NCBI RefSeq assembly: GCF_020745735.1
Contig: NW_026867529.1
Span: 124,001-188,000, forward strand
Source: Hemiscyllium ocellatum
Taxonomy: Eukaryota
Direction of reading: 5' to 3'
Length of the DNA: 64,000 bases
Part shown: positions 1-13,078 of the stretch, piece after piece
Layout of the letters: the number at the start of each line of letters is the position of its first letter
Position numbering within the stretch: position 1 is the stretch's first letter
The notes under the pieces: model-generated
Database searches by the model: none
What the model saw: only the letters and a program-made list of their open reading frames with translations
Told to the model about the DNA's origin: nothing
Made by a program: the position numbers and the translations under genes

Positions 1-1150
1 AGCGTGGTAGACAATGGGGAACTGGTGAACGTGGTGTATCTGGATTTCCAAAAGGCATTCAGCACAAAAGGCTGCTGCATAAGATAAAGATGCACAGTGT
101 TACGGGCAATGCATTAGCATGGACAGAAAACTGGTTAACTAACAGAACGCAAAACGTGGGGATAAATGGGTGTTTTTCTGGTTGGCAATCAGTGGCGAGT
201 GGTGTGTCTCAGGGATGAGTGTTGGCACTGCAATTGTTTGCAATTCAGGGAGATTGCTTCGAGTTAGAGATCCAAGTGTAGTGTGTTGTAGTTCGCAGAA
301 GGCACTTAAATGAGTGATAGAGCAAAGTGTGCAGGAGGATATAGATAGGTTAAGTGAGTGGGCAAGAGTCTGGCAGATGGAGTACAATGTTAGTAAACGT
401 GAGGTCATCCATTTTGGTAGGAATAATAACAAACAGAATGCTGCTGTGCAGGGGGACTTGGCTGTTCTTGTGCATGAAACAAAACAGTATGGTTTGCAGG
501 TACAGTAGCTAATTAGGAAGACAAATGGAATAATGTCCTTCATTGGCTGTGGATAGAGTTTAAAATTAGGACTTTCTGTTGCAGCTGTATAGGGCGCTGG
601 TGTGACCATGCCTGAAGTATTCTGTACACTTTTCATCGCCTTACATGAGATGGCACTGGGGTGGGGCTTGCTGAGGAGGTTGATTACGTTGATTCTGGAA
701 ATGAGGGGGTTGGCTTGTGAGGAGAGATTGAGCAGACTGGGAGTATACTCATTGGAATTCAGAAGAATGTGGGAGGGGGGTTGTAAAATTATAAATGGGA
801 TAGATAAGACAGAAGCAGGGATGCTATTTCTACTGGTGGGTGAAATTAGAATGACGGGGCATAACATTAAAATAAGGGCAACAGATTTAAGACTGAGTTG
901 AGGATCAACATCTTCACCCAAAGGGTTGTGAAGCTGTGAAATCCCCTGCCTAGTGAAGCAGCTGAGGCCAACCTGTTGAATGTTTTAAAGGTGAAAATAG
1001 ATTTTTTAACAGTAAAGGAATGGAGGGTTATAGTGAGCGGGTGGGTAAGTGGAATCTTAGTCCATTGAAAGATGATCCATGATGTTATTGAAAGGCAGAG
1101 CAGACTCATGGGGTCAGATGGCCTACTCCTGATCGTATTTCTAATGTTGT
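1..1150 (+). mobile_element. Degraded CR1-type LINE, 3' part of RT and tail
   Basis: Fragments IDRLSEWARVWQMEYNVSK.EVIHFGR and EERLSRLG.YSLEFRR; ends in ctaatgttgttatgttcta. Confidence 0.8.
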
Positions 1151-1489
1151 TATGTTCTAACAGGCCTCCCATCCAAAACATAATGCTCTCTGACTACTAA
1201 GTAAAAACTGAAAGAATTGTGGATGCTGTGTATCAGAAACAAAAACGGAAACTGCTGGAAATGTTCAGAAGGTCTGGCAGCATCTCTGGTGTGAAAGGCT
1301 CACCAGTTTATGGTTCCCTGGCTTTTCCATACAGCGTTCTTCAATAATGCTGCCACATTAGTCACTCTCCAGTCTTCTGGCATCTCATCTATGATTATCA
1401 ACGATACAAATATCTCAGCAAGGGGGCCACGAATCTCTTCCCTAGCTTCCCACAAAGTTCTGAGAAAACCTAACCAGGTCTCCAGGATT

Positions 1490-3080
1490 TATTTCCATTT
1501 TTCTACTGTAAGACCTCCAACACCTCCTCTTCTGTAAGATGAACTCATTTTAAGATCATATTATTTATTTCCCAAGTTCCTTAGCTTCTACGCTCCTGTC
1601 TACTGTAAATATTGATACAAAATATTTGCTTAGTGTCTCAGCCATCTCCTGTGGTTCCATGTATGGAAAGCCATGTTGATCTTTAAGGGCTGTATTCTCT
1701 CCTTAGTTATTCTTTTAACCTTAAAATAATTTTAGAATCTTTTTGGATTCTCCTTAATTCTATTTGCCAAAGCAATCTTATGCCCCCTTTTTTCCCTCAT
1801 GATTTCCTGGTTAAGGATACTCTGACTGCCCTTATCCCCCCTTCTCAGGATTCACTCAATCCCAGCTGTCTATATCTGATGAATGCCCCCTTCGTTTTCT
1901 GGACAAGAGTTGCAATTTCCCTCATCATTGAGCTTTTCCCATGCCTTGCCCTTCACACAAACAGAAACATACCATCACTGAACTCTCATTGTCTCATTCT
2001 TAAAGGCCTCCCACTTGTCAGCCGTCCCTTTACCTGAGAATAATCTCCCTCAACCAACTTCTCAAAGTCTTCTACCATTGAAACTGGCCACATTCCAATT
2101 TGAAACTTTCATTTTTAAATCAATTCTATCCTTTCTCATCATTATTATTAAACCAATAGAATTATGATCACTTTCCCTGAAGTGTGCCCCTACAGACACC
2201 TCAGTCACTTGTTCTGCCTTGATTCCCAACAGAAGGTCAAGTATTGCGAACTGTCCAGTAGGTGCATCCACATATTGAATAACAACGTTTTCTTGTACAC
2301 ACTTAACCAATTTCTCCACATTCCAAGATCTTAACATTCCCCCAAATTCGGTTTGGAAAGTTAAAATTCCCTACCATTATCCTCTTTCCTTACAGATAGC
2401 ATAATCGCTTGTAAATTTCCCACTGACTATTTGGAGGCCCATTTTAAAATCCCAGCAAGGTCATCACCTTCTTCTTATTTTTAAGTTTCATCCATATAAC
2501 TTCACTGGGCAGTCTCCAAGAAATATCCTCTCTACATCCAGCTGTAATGTTCTTTCTAACCAAAACACTACTCCATCTCCTCTCTTGCTCCTCTGTCTAT
2601 ACATTCTATAACATCTGTATCCTGGAACATTAAGTTGCCAGTCCTGTTCATCCCTGAGCCACATTTCTGTAATGGGAATGTTATCCTTGTCCCACATTCC
2701 CATCTATGCCCTATGTTCATCTGTCTCACACGTCAGATCTCTTGCATCGAAGTAAATGCAGTTTACCAGTCTTACCTTGCTCTTGCCAAACTGTTGTCTG
2801 CCTTGACCCCTAGAATTGCTCACCACATCTCACCTCAAAAATTTCTCTTTTCTCACTATCTTGTTGGTTCCCACCATCCCCCTTACTAATTTAAAACCTT
2901 CAGCATACTGCTAGCAAATTTCCCCACAAGAATATCGGTCCCCTTCCAATTCAGGTCCCTCTTATATAGGTCATTTCTATCCCTGAAGAGATCCCAATGA
3001 TTGAAAAATAGGAATCCTAACCCCTGCAGCAGCTCCTCATCTACATATTCGCTGCTCTATCTGGCTGTTCCTAATCTCAA
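1490..3080 (-). mobile_element. Degraded CR1-type LINE (endonuclease to RT N-terminus)
   Basis: Minus-strand fragments QYVDAPT.QFAILDLLLG...GAHFRESDHNSI and ITEMWLRDEQDWQLNVPGYRCYR. Confidence 0.75.
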
Positions 3081-3840
3081 TATTCCATTAGTTTTTAAAC
3101 AAACCCCAACATGACATTTGCCATCTTTATTGACAGTTGAAATTAAAAGCTAACTTTTTGTGGTTCGGAGATGCAGACTTCCTGTAGATTTCTGAATTCA
3201 ATCTCTATCTTGCCTGTTAGAATGCACAAGTTCACTGTTTATGTCTGTTCTCATTTATTTAATCCACATTACATTAATGTGCAAAGCTCCTTGTTCACTC
3301 TCGTCCTGTCTGTATCGCTCCACAAACTTCTTTTTGTGTCATACTCACCACTTGTCTCTGCTCCAATTTTTGTGTCATTCGCAAACTTGCCTACAATATA
3401 TTCACTTTCCTCATCTAAGTCATCAAAATACTTTGTAAATTTTTTTTCTCCCCCAGAACAGATTTATGTGGTACTCCACACTTTGACATCCTGTAAAATA
3501 AAACACTTCATCAAACTTTTCTGATTGTGATTTCAAAAATCCTCTCTCCACGTTAATACAGTCCCTCCAAAGCCAAGGCTCCTTTCTTATTCAGTAATCT
3601 TATGCATGGGTGCTGTCAAACACCTTCAGAAAATCAAAACATATTACAATCACGGTTTCCTCCATTCTCTCCAAGAATTCCAATACATTTATCAGGCAAG
3701 ATTTCCATTTTGTAAAGCCATTCTCAGTTTTCTGCTGGAACATCCTTTTTTAAAGACTCCACCATTTTTTTCAATAAATGATGTTAAACTAAGTAGCCTC
3801 AGTCAACCTTTTGTGTGCCTTAACTTTTTATGAGTGATGA

Positions 3841-4131
3841 GATTACTGACAGTGTGGAAACAGGCCCTTCGGCCCAACAAGTCCACACTGTCCCGCCGAA
3901 GCGCAACCCACCCATACCCCTACATAACACTACGGTCAATTTAGCATGGCCAATTCACCTGACCCGCACATCTTTGGACTGTGAGAGGAAACCGGAGCAC
4001 TCGGAGGAAACCCACGCAGACACGGGGAGAATGTGCAAACTCCACACAGTCAATCGCCTGGGTCAGGAATTGAACCCGGGTCTCAGGCGCTGTGAGGCAG
4101 CAGTGCTAACCACTGTGCCACTGTGCCGCCC
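3841..4131 (-). mobile_element. HE1-type tRNA-derived shark SINE
   Basis: Reverse complement starts gggcggcacagtggcacagtggttagcactgctgcctcacagcgc, with A/B boxes and a CR1-like 3' tail (gggccgaagggcctgtttcc). Confidence 0.85.
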
Positions 4132-4399
4132 ACTAAGTGAAAGTGTTGGTTGAAGGATCTACTATCAGCCGTCACTTCCACCTGCTGGAGAAGCACTGTC
4201 ATCTACTGTGAAAAACTCAACAAAATGTATCTATGTTCATTTACTGAGAAAGCAATTCCACAAATGTTCTAGCTCATCACCTTCTGCTGGCGGTCCCAGA
4301 TTTTATGAAGCAATTCATTGAAAGTCGACAATGCTAATTAGCATCAAACCAAGATCAATATTTGAGCAGAAATATCTCAATTCCTGGTCATGTATTTTT

Positions 4400-5620
4400 G
4401 TTCATCTCTTTTTAGGACATTAGCTTTGACAATGTGGAGACTGTATGGGTGGAGCTGTGAAATACCAAAGGACAAAAAACATTAGTGGGTGTCATAGACA
4501 GACCCCCAGACTGCAGTGGTCATATCGGAATAGTATTAAACAGGAAATTAGCCAAGCATGTGATATGGAGACATCTGTGATCATGGGTGATTTTAATCTG
4601 CATCTAGATTGGACAAATCAAATTAGCCACAATGTCTTAGAGGAAAAATTCCTGGAGTACATGCGGGATGGTTTTCTTAACCAATATGTGGATGAACCAA
4701 CTAGAGAGCAGGCCATCTTAGACTGTGTAATGAGAAGGGAATCATTGCCAATCTAGCTGCGTGAGACTCCTTGGGGATGAGTGACCATGACATGATACAA
4801 CTTTTTTATCAAGATGGAGAGTGAGCCAGCTGATTTGGAGACTAGGATGCTGAATTTTAATAAATGAAACTATGAAGATATATAAGGCATGAGTTGGCGT
4901 TGATAGGATCAGTGAAAGTTGCTTAAAGGTGTGACAGTAGATAGGCATTGGCAAATATTCAAGGAAATCATGGGGGATCTGCAACAACTATTTATTCCTG
5001 TCTGGTACAAAAGCAAAATGGGTAACAGGGCCAATCCATGGCTTATAAAGGAAATTAGATAGCATCCAATTGAAGGAAATAGCATAGAAATGGGCCAAGA
5101 AAAATAATAGGTCTGATGTTTGAGAGCAGTTTTGAATTCAGAAAAGAAGGACCAAGGGATTGATTAAGATGGGGAAAACAGTCCAAAAGAAAGTAAGCTT
5201 GCAGGGAACATGAAGACTGACGCTACAAGGTTCTACAGTGCATGAAGAGAAAGAGATTGATGAAGACAAATGGTAGGTCCCTCCAGATGGAAATTGGGGA
5301 AATGTATAACAAAGGACAACGAAACAGCTGAGCAATTGTATCCATCCTTTAGTTCTGTCTTCACAAAAACCGACAGTTATACAGGAGGTGGGTGAGGCTG
5401 CAGTTGGAGCATGTGTTCTGTTTTAGTCACCTTGCTCGAGGAAGGATGTTATTAAACTGGAAAGGTGCAGAAGAAATTTGTAAGGATGTTGCTCGCACTC
5501 AGTGTTATAAGGAGAGGCTGAACAAGCTAGAACTTCTTTTCTTGGCAGTCTAGGAGACTGAGAGGGGATCTTATAGAACTGTACAAAATTATGAGAGGCA
5601 TACACTCAGTCTTTTTTGTT
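4400..5620 (+). mobile_element. Degraded CR1-type LINE fragments
   Basis: VIMGDFNLHLDW...GFLNQYVDEPTREQAILDCV (endonuclease), with an RT 3' fragment near 5420-5620. Confidence 0.75.
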
Positions 5621-5659
5621 TTGAAGAAGTTTTCCTCCTCTGTCTACAAGATCTTTCCA

Positions 5660-5802
5660 CTCTGCAGGCTCCTGCCTCTATCCCTGATGAAGGGTTTTTG
5701 CCCGACATGTCGATTTTCCTGCTCCTCGGACGCTGCCTGTGTTTTTCCAGCTCCACTCTCATCTAGACTCTGGTTTCCAGCATCTGCAGTCATTGTTTTC
5801 AA
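5660..5802 (+). mobile_element. PLE pseudo-LTR fragment (ctagactctggtttccagcatctgc variant) with a decayed hammerhead
   Basis: cCTGATGAagggtttttgcccGACAtgtc is a mutated hammerhead core. The same variant occurs at 10018-10135. Confidence 0.6.
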
Positions 5803-5922
5803 TTCATTGATTTTTCTCAGACAGGCAGAGATTGGCGACAGTGTCTGTGGGGCTGGTTTATATCAGACAGGCAGAGATTGGCGTCAGTGTCTGTGGGGCT
5901 AGTTTATATCAGACAGGCAGAG

Positions 5923-6885
5923 CTGAAAAATGTGTTGCTGGAAAAGCGCAGCAGGTCAGGCAGCATCCAAAGAGCAGGAGAATCGACGTTTCGGGCATGA
6001 GCCTTTCTTCAGGAATGAGGAAAGTGTGTCCAGCAGGCTAAGATAAAAGGTAGGGAGGAGGGACTTGGGGGAGGGGTGTTGGAAATGCGATAGGTGGAAG
6101 GAGGTCAAGGTGATGGTGATAGGCCAGAGTGGGGGTGGGGGTGGAGAGGTCAGGAAGAAGATTGCAGGTTAGGAAGGCGGTGCTGAGTTTGAGGGATTTG
6201 ACTGAGACAAGGTTGGGGAAATGAGGAAGCTGGAGAAATCTAGTTTCATCCCTTGTGGTTGGAGGGTTACGAGGCAGAAGATGAGGCGCTCTTCCTCCAG
6301 CCGTCGTGTTGCTATGGTCTGTTGATGGAGGAGTCCAAGGACCTGCATGTCCTTGGTGGAGTGGGAGGGGGAGTTGAAGTGTTGAACCACGGGGTGGTTG
6401 GGTTGCTTGGTCCGGGTGTCCCAGAGGTGTTCCCTGAAATGTTCCGCAAGTAGGCAGCCTGTCTCCCCATCATTGGGGGAAGTGCGCTTCATCTTCCGCC
6501 TAGGAACCCTCCAACCACAAGGGATGAACCTAGATTTCTCCAGCTTCCTCATTTCCCCCACCTTGTCTCAGTCAAATCCCTTGAACTCAGCACCGCCTTC
6601 CTAACCTGCAATCTTCTTCCTGACCTCTCCGCCCCCACTCCCACTCCGGCCTATCACCCTCACGTTGACCTCCTTCCACCCATCGCATTTCCAACGCGCC
6701 TCCCCCAAGTCCCTCCTCCCTACCTTTTATCTTAGCCTGCTGGACACACTTTCCTCATTCCTGAAGAAGGGCTCATGCCCGAAACGTCGATTCTCCTGCT
6801 CTTTGGATGCTGCCTGACCTGCTGCGCTTTTCCAGCAACACATTTTCAGCTCTGATCTCCACCATCTGCAGTCTTCACTTTCTCT
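5923..6885. mobile_element. Penelope-like tail-out inverted insert (GIY-YIG fragment plus two pseudo-LTRs) with a 16-bp TSD
   Basis: TSD tatcagacaggcagag at 5907-5922 and 6886-6901. The left arm is on the minus strand (LLAEHFREHL...RRLEEERLIF), the right arm on the plus strand. Confidence 0.9.
6757..6792 (+). ncRNA. Minimal type I hammerhead ribozyme motif
   Basis: attc-CTGAAGA-A-GGGC(tcat)GCCC-GAAA-C-GTC-gatt; core intact, one mismatch in stem I. Confidence 0.75.
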
Positions 6886-9800
6886 TATCAGACAGGCAGA
6901 GATTAACGTCAGTGTCTGTGGGACTGTTTTATATCAGACTGGGGGAGATTGGTGTCAGTGTCTGTGGGGCTGGTTTATATCAGACTGGGGGAGATTGGTG
7001 TTAGTGACTGTGGGGCTGGTTTATATCAGACTGGGGGAGATTGGTGTTAGTGACTGTGGGGCTGGTTTATATCAGACTGGGGGAGATTGGTGTTAGTGAC
7101 TGTGGGGCTGGTTTATATCAGACTGGGGGAGATTGGTGTCAGTGACTGTGGGGCTGGTTTATATCAGACTGAGGGAGATTGGTGTTAGTGTCTGTGGGGC
7201 TGGTTTATATCAGAAAGGGGGAGATTGGTGTTAGTGACTGTGGGGCTGGTTTATATCAGACTGGGGGAGATTGGTGTTAGTGACTGTGGGGCTGGTTTAT
7301 ATCAGACTGGGGGAGATTGGTGTCAGTGACTGTGGGGCTGGTTTATATCAGACTGGGGGAGATTGGTGTTAGTGTCTGTGGGGCTGGTTTATATCAGACT
7401 GGGGTAGATTGGTGTTAGTGTCTGTGGGGCTGGTTTATATCAGACAGGGGGAGATTGGTGTTAGTGTCTGTGGGGCTGGTTTATATCAGACTGGGGGAGA
7501 TTGGTGTTAGTGTCTGTGGGGCTGGTTTATATCAGACAGGGGGAGATTGGTGTTAGTGTCTGTGGGGCTGGTTTATATCAGACTGGGGGAGATTGGTGTC
7601 AGTGTCTGTGGGGCTGGTTTATATCAGACTGGGGGAGATTGGTGTTAGTGACTGTGACGCTGGTTTATATCAGACTGGGGGAGATTGGTGTTAGTGACTG
7701 TGGGGCTGGTTTACATCAGACTGGAGGAGATTGGTGTTAGTGACTGTGACGCTGGTTTATATCAGACTGGGGGAGATTGGTGTTAGTGACTGTGGGGCTG
7801 GTTTATATCAGAATGGGGGAGATTGGTGTTAGTGACTGTGGGGCTGGTTTATATCAGACTGGAGGAGATTGGTGTTAGTGACTGTGGGGCTGGTTTATAT
7901 CAGACTGGGGGAGATTGGTGTTAGTGACTGTGGGGCTGGTTTATATCAGACTGGAGGAGATTGGTGTTAGTGACTGTGACGCTGGTTTATATCAGACTGG
8001 GGGAGATTGGTGTTAGTGACTGTGGGGCTGGTTTATATCAGACTGGGGGAGATTGGTGTTAGTGACTGTGGGGCTGGTTTATATCAGACTGGAGGAGATT
8101 GGTGTTAGTGACTGTGGGGCTGGTTTATATCAGACTGGGGGAGATTGGTGTTAGTGACTGTGGGGCAGGTTTATATCAGACTGGGGGAGATTGGTGTCAG
8201 TGTCTGTGGGGCTGGTTTATATCAGACTGGGGGAGATTGGTGTTAGTGACTGTGGGGCTGGTTTATATCAGACAGAGGGAGATTGGTGTTAGTGACTGTG
8301 GGGCTGGTTTATATCAGACTGGCGGAGATTGGTGTTAGTGACTGTGGGGCTGGTTTATATCAGACTGGGGGAGATTGGTGTTAGTGTCTGTGGGGCTGGT
8401 TTATATCAGACTGGAGGAGATTGGTGTTAGTGTCTGTGGGGCTGGTTTATATCAGACTGGAGGAGATTGGTGTTAGTGACTGTGGGGCTGGTTTATATCA
8501 GACTGGGGGAGATTGGTGTCAGTGTCTGTGGGGCTGGTTTATATCAGACTGGAGGAGATTGGTGTTAGTGACTGTGGGGCTGGTTTATATCAGACTGGGG
8601 GAGATTGGTGTCAGTGTCTGTGGGGCTGGTTTATATCAGACTGGGGGAGATTGGTGTTAGTGACTGTGGGGCTGGTTTATATCAGACAGAGGGAGATTGG
8701 TGTCAGTGTTTGTGGGGCTGGTTTATATCAGACTGGGGGAGATTGGTGTCAGTGTCTGTGGGGCTGGTTTATATCAGACTGGGGGAGATTGGTGTCAGTG
8801 TCTGTGGGGCTGGTTTATATCAGACTGGGGGAGATTGGTGTTAGTGACTGTGGGGTTGGTTTATATCAGACAGAGGGAGATTGGTGTTAGTGTCTGTGGG
8901 GTGGTTTATATTTGACAGGGGGTGATTGGTGTCAGTGAACGAGGGGCTGGTTTATATCTGACAGGAGGAGTTTGGTGAGGACGTTATAAAGCCAGAAAAG
9001 GATCACTTCATGCTTTAATTCTCTTTCAAGGCATACTGGGCACTCAAGGGTTAAACATTCCACTGTGAAACAGATTCACTACAGTATCAATTACAGAATA
9101 GACAGAACATCTCAGTAGGATAACTGAATCTTCGTGAAGGAATCCATTGCAGCCACACATGTGGATTCCTCTGCAGCCTCAGGCAATTGTATTTGTCCTC
9201 CCCAGCCTTGGCCACAACCCTGTTAAACTGCCTCCTGCTCCCATTATTTTCCTTCCTCTCCATATTAGCATAGGGATGTGAATTCCCCGTTGAAAACAGG
9301 CAAAACCCTTCAGTTTTAATCTCTTCCCATTGATACATGATCATGAAGAATACGATAATCAGTCGTTATTGCAGGACATCAACATTCACCGGACCTTGTA
9401 AAATTATAATTGCCCATCTTAAACAATGTAACGACAGTCAACCATGTGGATTATACACCTTTTGTATCACCACAAGTAGACCCACAACTACTTTCAGGGA
9501 CATGGAGAATCTCGCGCTGCACTCCAATAATAAAGCATCTGCTGTTGTACTGAAACTTGTGTCGTCTGGATTTGTGGAACAAAATATAGATTAACAGCCT
9601 CACAATTCTATGTTTGACTTTTCATTTTCAATCAGGAAGTGTCTGCTTCGCCTTCCCATATCTAACAAACCATCAGATTTCATCTCTGCAGCCTCAGATC
9701 CTCTCTGTAACCACAAATAAACACTGAGTGATGAAGATATTTAGCAGGTGCAGAAGCATCTGCAGAGAGCGAGAACAGAGTTCAAACCCAGGTCTGACAG

Positions 9801-10017
9801 TGTGTCAGAATAAAGCTCAATCTTGTGGCACTGCCACATTGACAATTGTTAGTGCCAACACCTCAATCAAAGGCTCTTCATTGTCCTGTTGTTTATCGAA
9901 TGGCAGTGGTCTACAGTGCAGAACAAGTCCCTTCAGCCCATTGCTTCTGTGCCAGTCATAAACAACCATCAAACTATGGTAACCTCATTTCTCAGCCCTC
10001 GGCCCATCACCTTGTAT

Positions 10018-10183
10018 AAGGTAAAAACAAGGACTGCAGATGCTGGAAACCAGAGTCTAGATTAGAGTGGGGCTGGAAAAGCCCAGCAAGTCAGGCAGCA
10101 TCCAAGGAGGAGGAAAATTGACGTTTCGGGCAAACAGGACAGACTACAGATTCAAAAACACCTGCAACGGTTCTCCTTCAAGA
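10018..10183 (-). mobile_element. Short PLE pseudo-LTR insert with a 15-bp TSD
   Basis: TSD cccatcaccttgtat at 10003-10017 and 10184-10198; the hammerhead is truncated at stem II. Confidence 0.8.
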
Positions 10184-10329
10184 CCCATCACCTTGTATGT
10201 CTTGGCATTGCAAGTGCACATCTGAATACTTCTTCAATGATTTGAGAGCTTCTGTCTGTAATACCCTTCCGGCAGTGAATTCAGTTTCTCACCACCCTCT
10301 GGGTGAAAGCCTTTTTCCTTCATTACACA

Positions 10330-11100
10330 GACCATGAGTATAGGAGTTAGGACATCATGTGGAGGTTGTACAGGCCTGTTCTAGAATACTGTGTCCAATT
10401 CTGGTCTCCCTGTTATAGGAGGGGTATTGTTAAACTGTTCAGAAAATATTTACAAGGATGTTGCCAGGACTGGAGGGTTTGACTTAGATGGAAAGGAGCT
10501 TGAAGGTTGAGGGGTGACCTTACTGAGGTTTATAGTATAATAAGGAGCATATATAAGGTGAATGTCAGATGTCTTTTCCGTCGGGTGATAGACTTCAGGG
10601 TTTGTATATGAAGAGGAAGTGATTAGAGAGATATGGAACAAGTACAGGTAAATGGGACTAGGGTAAATTAGGATATCTGGTCAGAATGGACGAGTTGGGC
10701 CGAAGGATCTGTTTCTGTGCTGTACGCCTCTATTAATCAATAGAGAGATGTATAAAATAATGAGGGGTGTTCATAAGATTGATAGTGAGGAAAAATTCCC
10801 CTTGGACTAGGGAGCTTATTCCCCCCCAGACTTCAGCACTAGGGGACATACTTTTAAAGTGAGAGGAGAAAGATTTAAAAGGGAAATGAGGTTCAACTTG
10901 TTCTACACAGAGAGTGGTTCATGAGGAATTAATGGATGTGGGTTCAGTTCCAATGTTTAAAAGGTATTTGGACAAACAGGAAAGTATTGAAGGGATATGG
11001 GCCAGGAGCAGGTGGAGGGACTAGTTTTGTTTGGGATTATGGTTAGCATGGACTTTGGGGGGAACCAAAAGGTCTGTTTCCATGCTGTATGACTTTATCA
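10330..11100 (+). mobile_element. CR1 3'-end fragments
   Basis: ctagaatactgtgtccaattctggtctccc and repeated CR1 tails (gggccgaagg...tttctgtgctgta). Confidence 0.7.
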
Positions 11101-11384
11101 CTGACATTCCCCTTAAATCTCCAGCCCCTTACCTTAAATATCTGCACTGCCTTCCAGTCTTTACAACATTTGTCTGAATTGGTTCCTCCATCAAGGGGAA
11201 TATTTCCTTACTGTCCACCCAATCAACACCTCCCATTATTTTGTACATCTCAGTGATGCCATAGAGTCAAACAGATGTACAACACAGAAACAGATCCTTC
11301 AGCCCAACTCGTCCATGCCAACCAGATATCCAAAATTAACCTCGTCCCATTTACCAGCACTTGGCCCTCTAATCCCTTCCAGTT

Positions 11385-11480
11385 CAAATTAAAACTCACC
11401 CAACACCAGGTTATAATCCAACAGGTTTATTTGGAACCACTAGCTTTCCGAACACTGCTCCTTCATCAGGTGGTTGTGGA
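11385..11480 (-). mobile_element. Second PLE-like pseudo-LTR family with a hammerhead (GAAAGCUA type) at 11436-11474
   Basis: Minus strand accac-CTGATGA-A-GGAGC(agt)GTTCG-GAAA-GC-TA-gtggt; perfect 5-bp stem I, mismatch at the base of stem II. Confidence 0.7.
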
Positions 11481-12440
11481 GTTTTCTTCTACCTTTCCCG
11501 ATGCCTTTTATATGTTACTAGCCTTGTACTGGCCTGCACTTCCTCTTGCATACATGCACTGCCTGTTGCATGAAAAACTTGCCCCTTAGAACCCTTGTAA
11601 GTCTTTCCCCTCTCACCCTAAACCTATGCCCTCTAGTTCTGGACTCCCCCACCCCAGGGAAAAGACCTTGTCTATTTACCCTATCCATGCATCCATGATT
11701 TTATAAACCTCTTGAAGGTCACTCCTCAGCCTTCGACACTCCAGGGAAGACAGTTCCAGCCTATCCAGCCTTTCCTGTAGTTCAAACCCTCCAATCCTGG
11801 CAACATCCTTGTAAATCTTTTCTGAACCCTTTCAAATTTCACAATATCCTTTCTATAGGAGTCAGAGCAGAATTGCACACAATACTCCAAAGGTAGCCTA
11901 ACCAATGTCCTGTACAGCCACAACATGACCTCCAAACTCCTTTACTCAATGCTCTGACTAATAAGGGAAAGCATATCAAATGCCTTCGTCACTATCCTAT
12001 CTACCTGTGACTCCCCTCTCAATCTCTCTGGTCGAAGGAAAACGACCCAATCTTTCCAGTCGCTCTTCATAACTGAAACTCTCCAGCTCAGAAAACATCT
12101 TTCCAAGTCTTGAGTACTAACATATCCATCCTTAAATGTGGATTCTAGAAATGCAGACAACAAGCTACTTGTCCCCTAGCCAATGTTTTCGACAGTTCTA
12201 ACCAAACTTCCCAGCTCAACCTCTGTGCTTAACAAGGAAAGGCGAGTTTATCACCTGCCCTGGTGTTTAAGTGACTGGTGGACATGCACAACAAGGTCCC
12301 TCTGATCTTCAGTGCTTCCCAGGGCCCTATAGTTCATCACGTATTCCCTTACCGTGATTGTCCTCTTATGAACTAAGCCCATCTTCCTCACTGTTTGCCA
12401 CAACACTAGTTTTCGTATCATCCGTGAACTCACTGATCAA
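11480..12440 (-). mobile_element. CR1 RT 3' fragments
   Basis: LYRTLVRLPLEYCVQF...ERVQKRFTRMLPGLEGL on the minus strand. Confidence 0.75.
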
Positions 12441-12468
12441 TCAACTCACTGAATGGCACCGATCAATT

Positions 12469-13078
12469 AGGGCGGCACGGTGGCACAGTGGTTAGCACTG
12501 CTGCCTCACAGCGCCAGAGACCTGAGTTCAATTCCCACCTCAGGCGACTCTCTCTGTAGAGTTTGCACATTCTCCAGGTGCTTCGGTTTCCGCCCACAAT
12601 CCAAAAATGTGCAGGTTAGGTGAATTGGCGATGCTAAATTGCCCATAGTGTTAGGTGAAGGGGTAAATGTAGGAGTATGGGTCTGAGTGGTATACGCTTC
12701 GGGGAATCGGTGTGGACTTTAGATTCTCTACAATGTGGAAACAGGCTCTTCGGCCCAACAAATCCACACCATCCCTCCAAAGAGAAACCCACCCAAACTC
12801 CTACCCTATATTTACCCCTGACTAACACAACAGGCAATTTAGCACGGCCAATTTACCTAACCTGCACATCTTTGGACTGTGGGAGGAAACCGGAGCACCC
12901 TGAGGGGACCCACGTAGACACAGGGAGAATGTGCAAACTCCACACAGACAGGCGGGAATCAAACCCAGGACCCTGGTGCTGTGAGGCAGCAGTGCTAACC
13001 ACTGAGCCACCGTGCTGCCCTACTTGTTGGGCTGAAGGGCCTGTTTCCATACTGTAAGTAATCTAATATAATCTAATC
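12469..13078 (+). mobile_element. HE1-type SINE interrupted by an antiparallel HE1-type SINE (12722-13020, minus strand)
   Basis: The plus copy starts gggcggcacggtggcacagtgg, breaks at ...gtggactt and resumes at 13021 (acttgttgggctgaagggcctg...). The inner copy is a complete reverse-strand HE1. Confidence 0.85.

Larger units (their letters stand above)
5817..8978 (+). repeat. 46-bp minisatellite (about 2 units, a PLE insert, then about 45 units)
   Basis: Unit ggagattggtgttagtgactgtggggctggtttatatcagactggg; strongly G-skewed on the plus strand. Confidence 0.97.

Noticed and set aside
7501-8915. Repetitive ORFs in the 46-bp array
   Set aside because: The unit length is not a multiple of 3, and the ORFs are start/stop artefacts of the repeat.
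12469-12545. tRNA-like sequence with A/B boxes (also at 4060-4131 and 58575-58647)
   Set aside because: These are heads of tRNA-derived HE1 SINEs, continuous with SINE body and LINE-derived tail, not tRNA genes.
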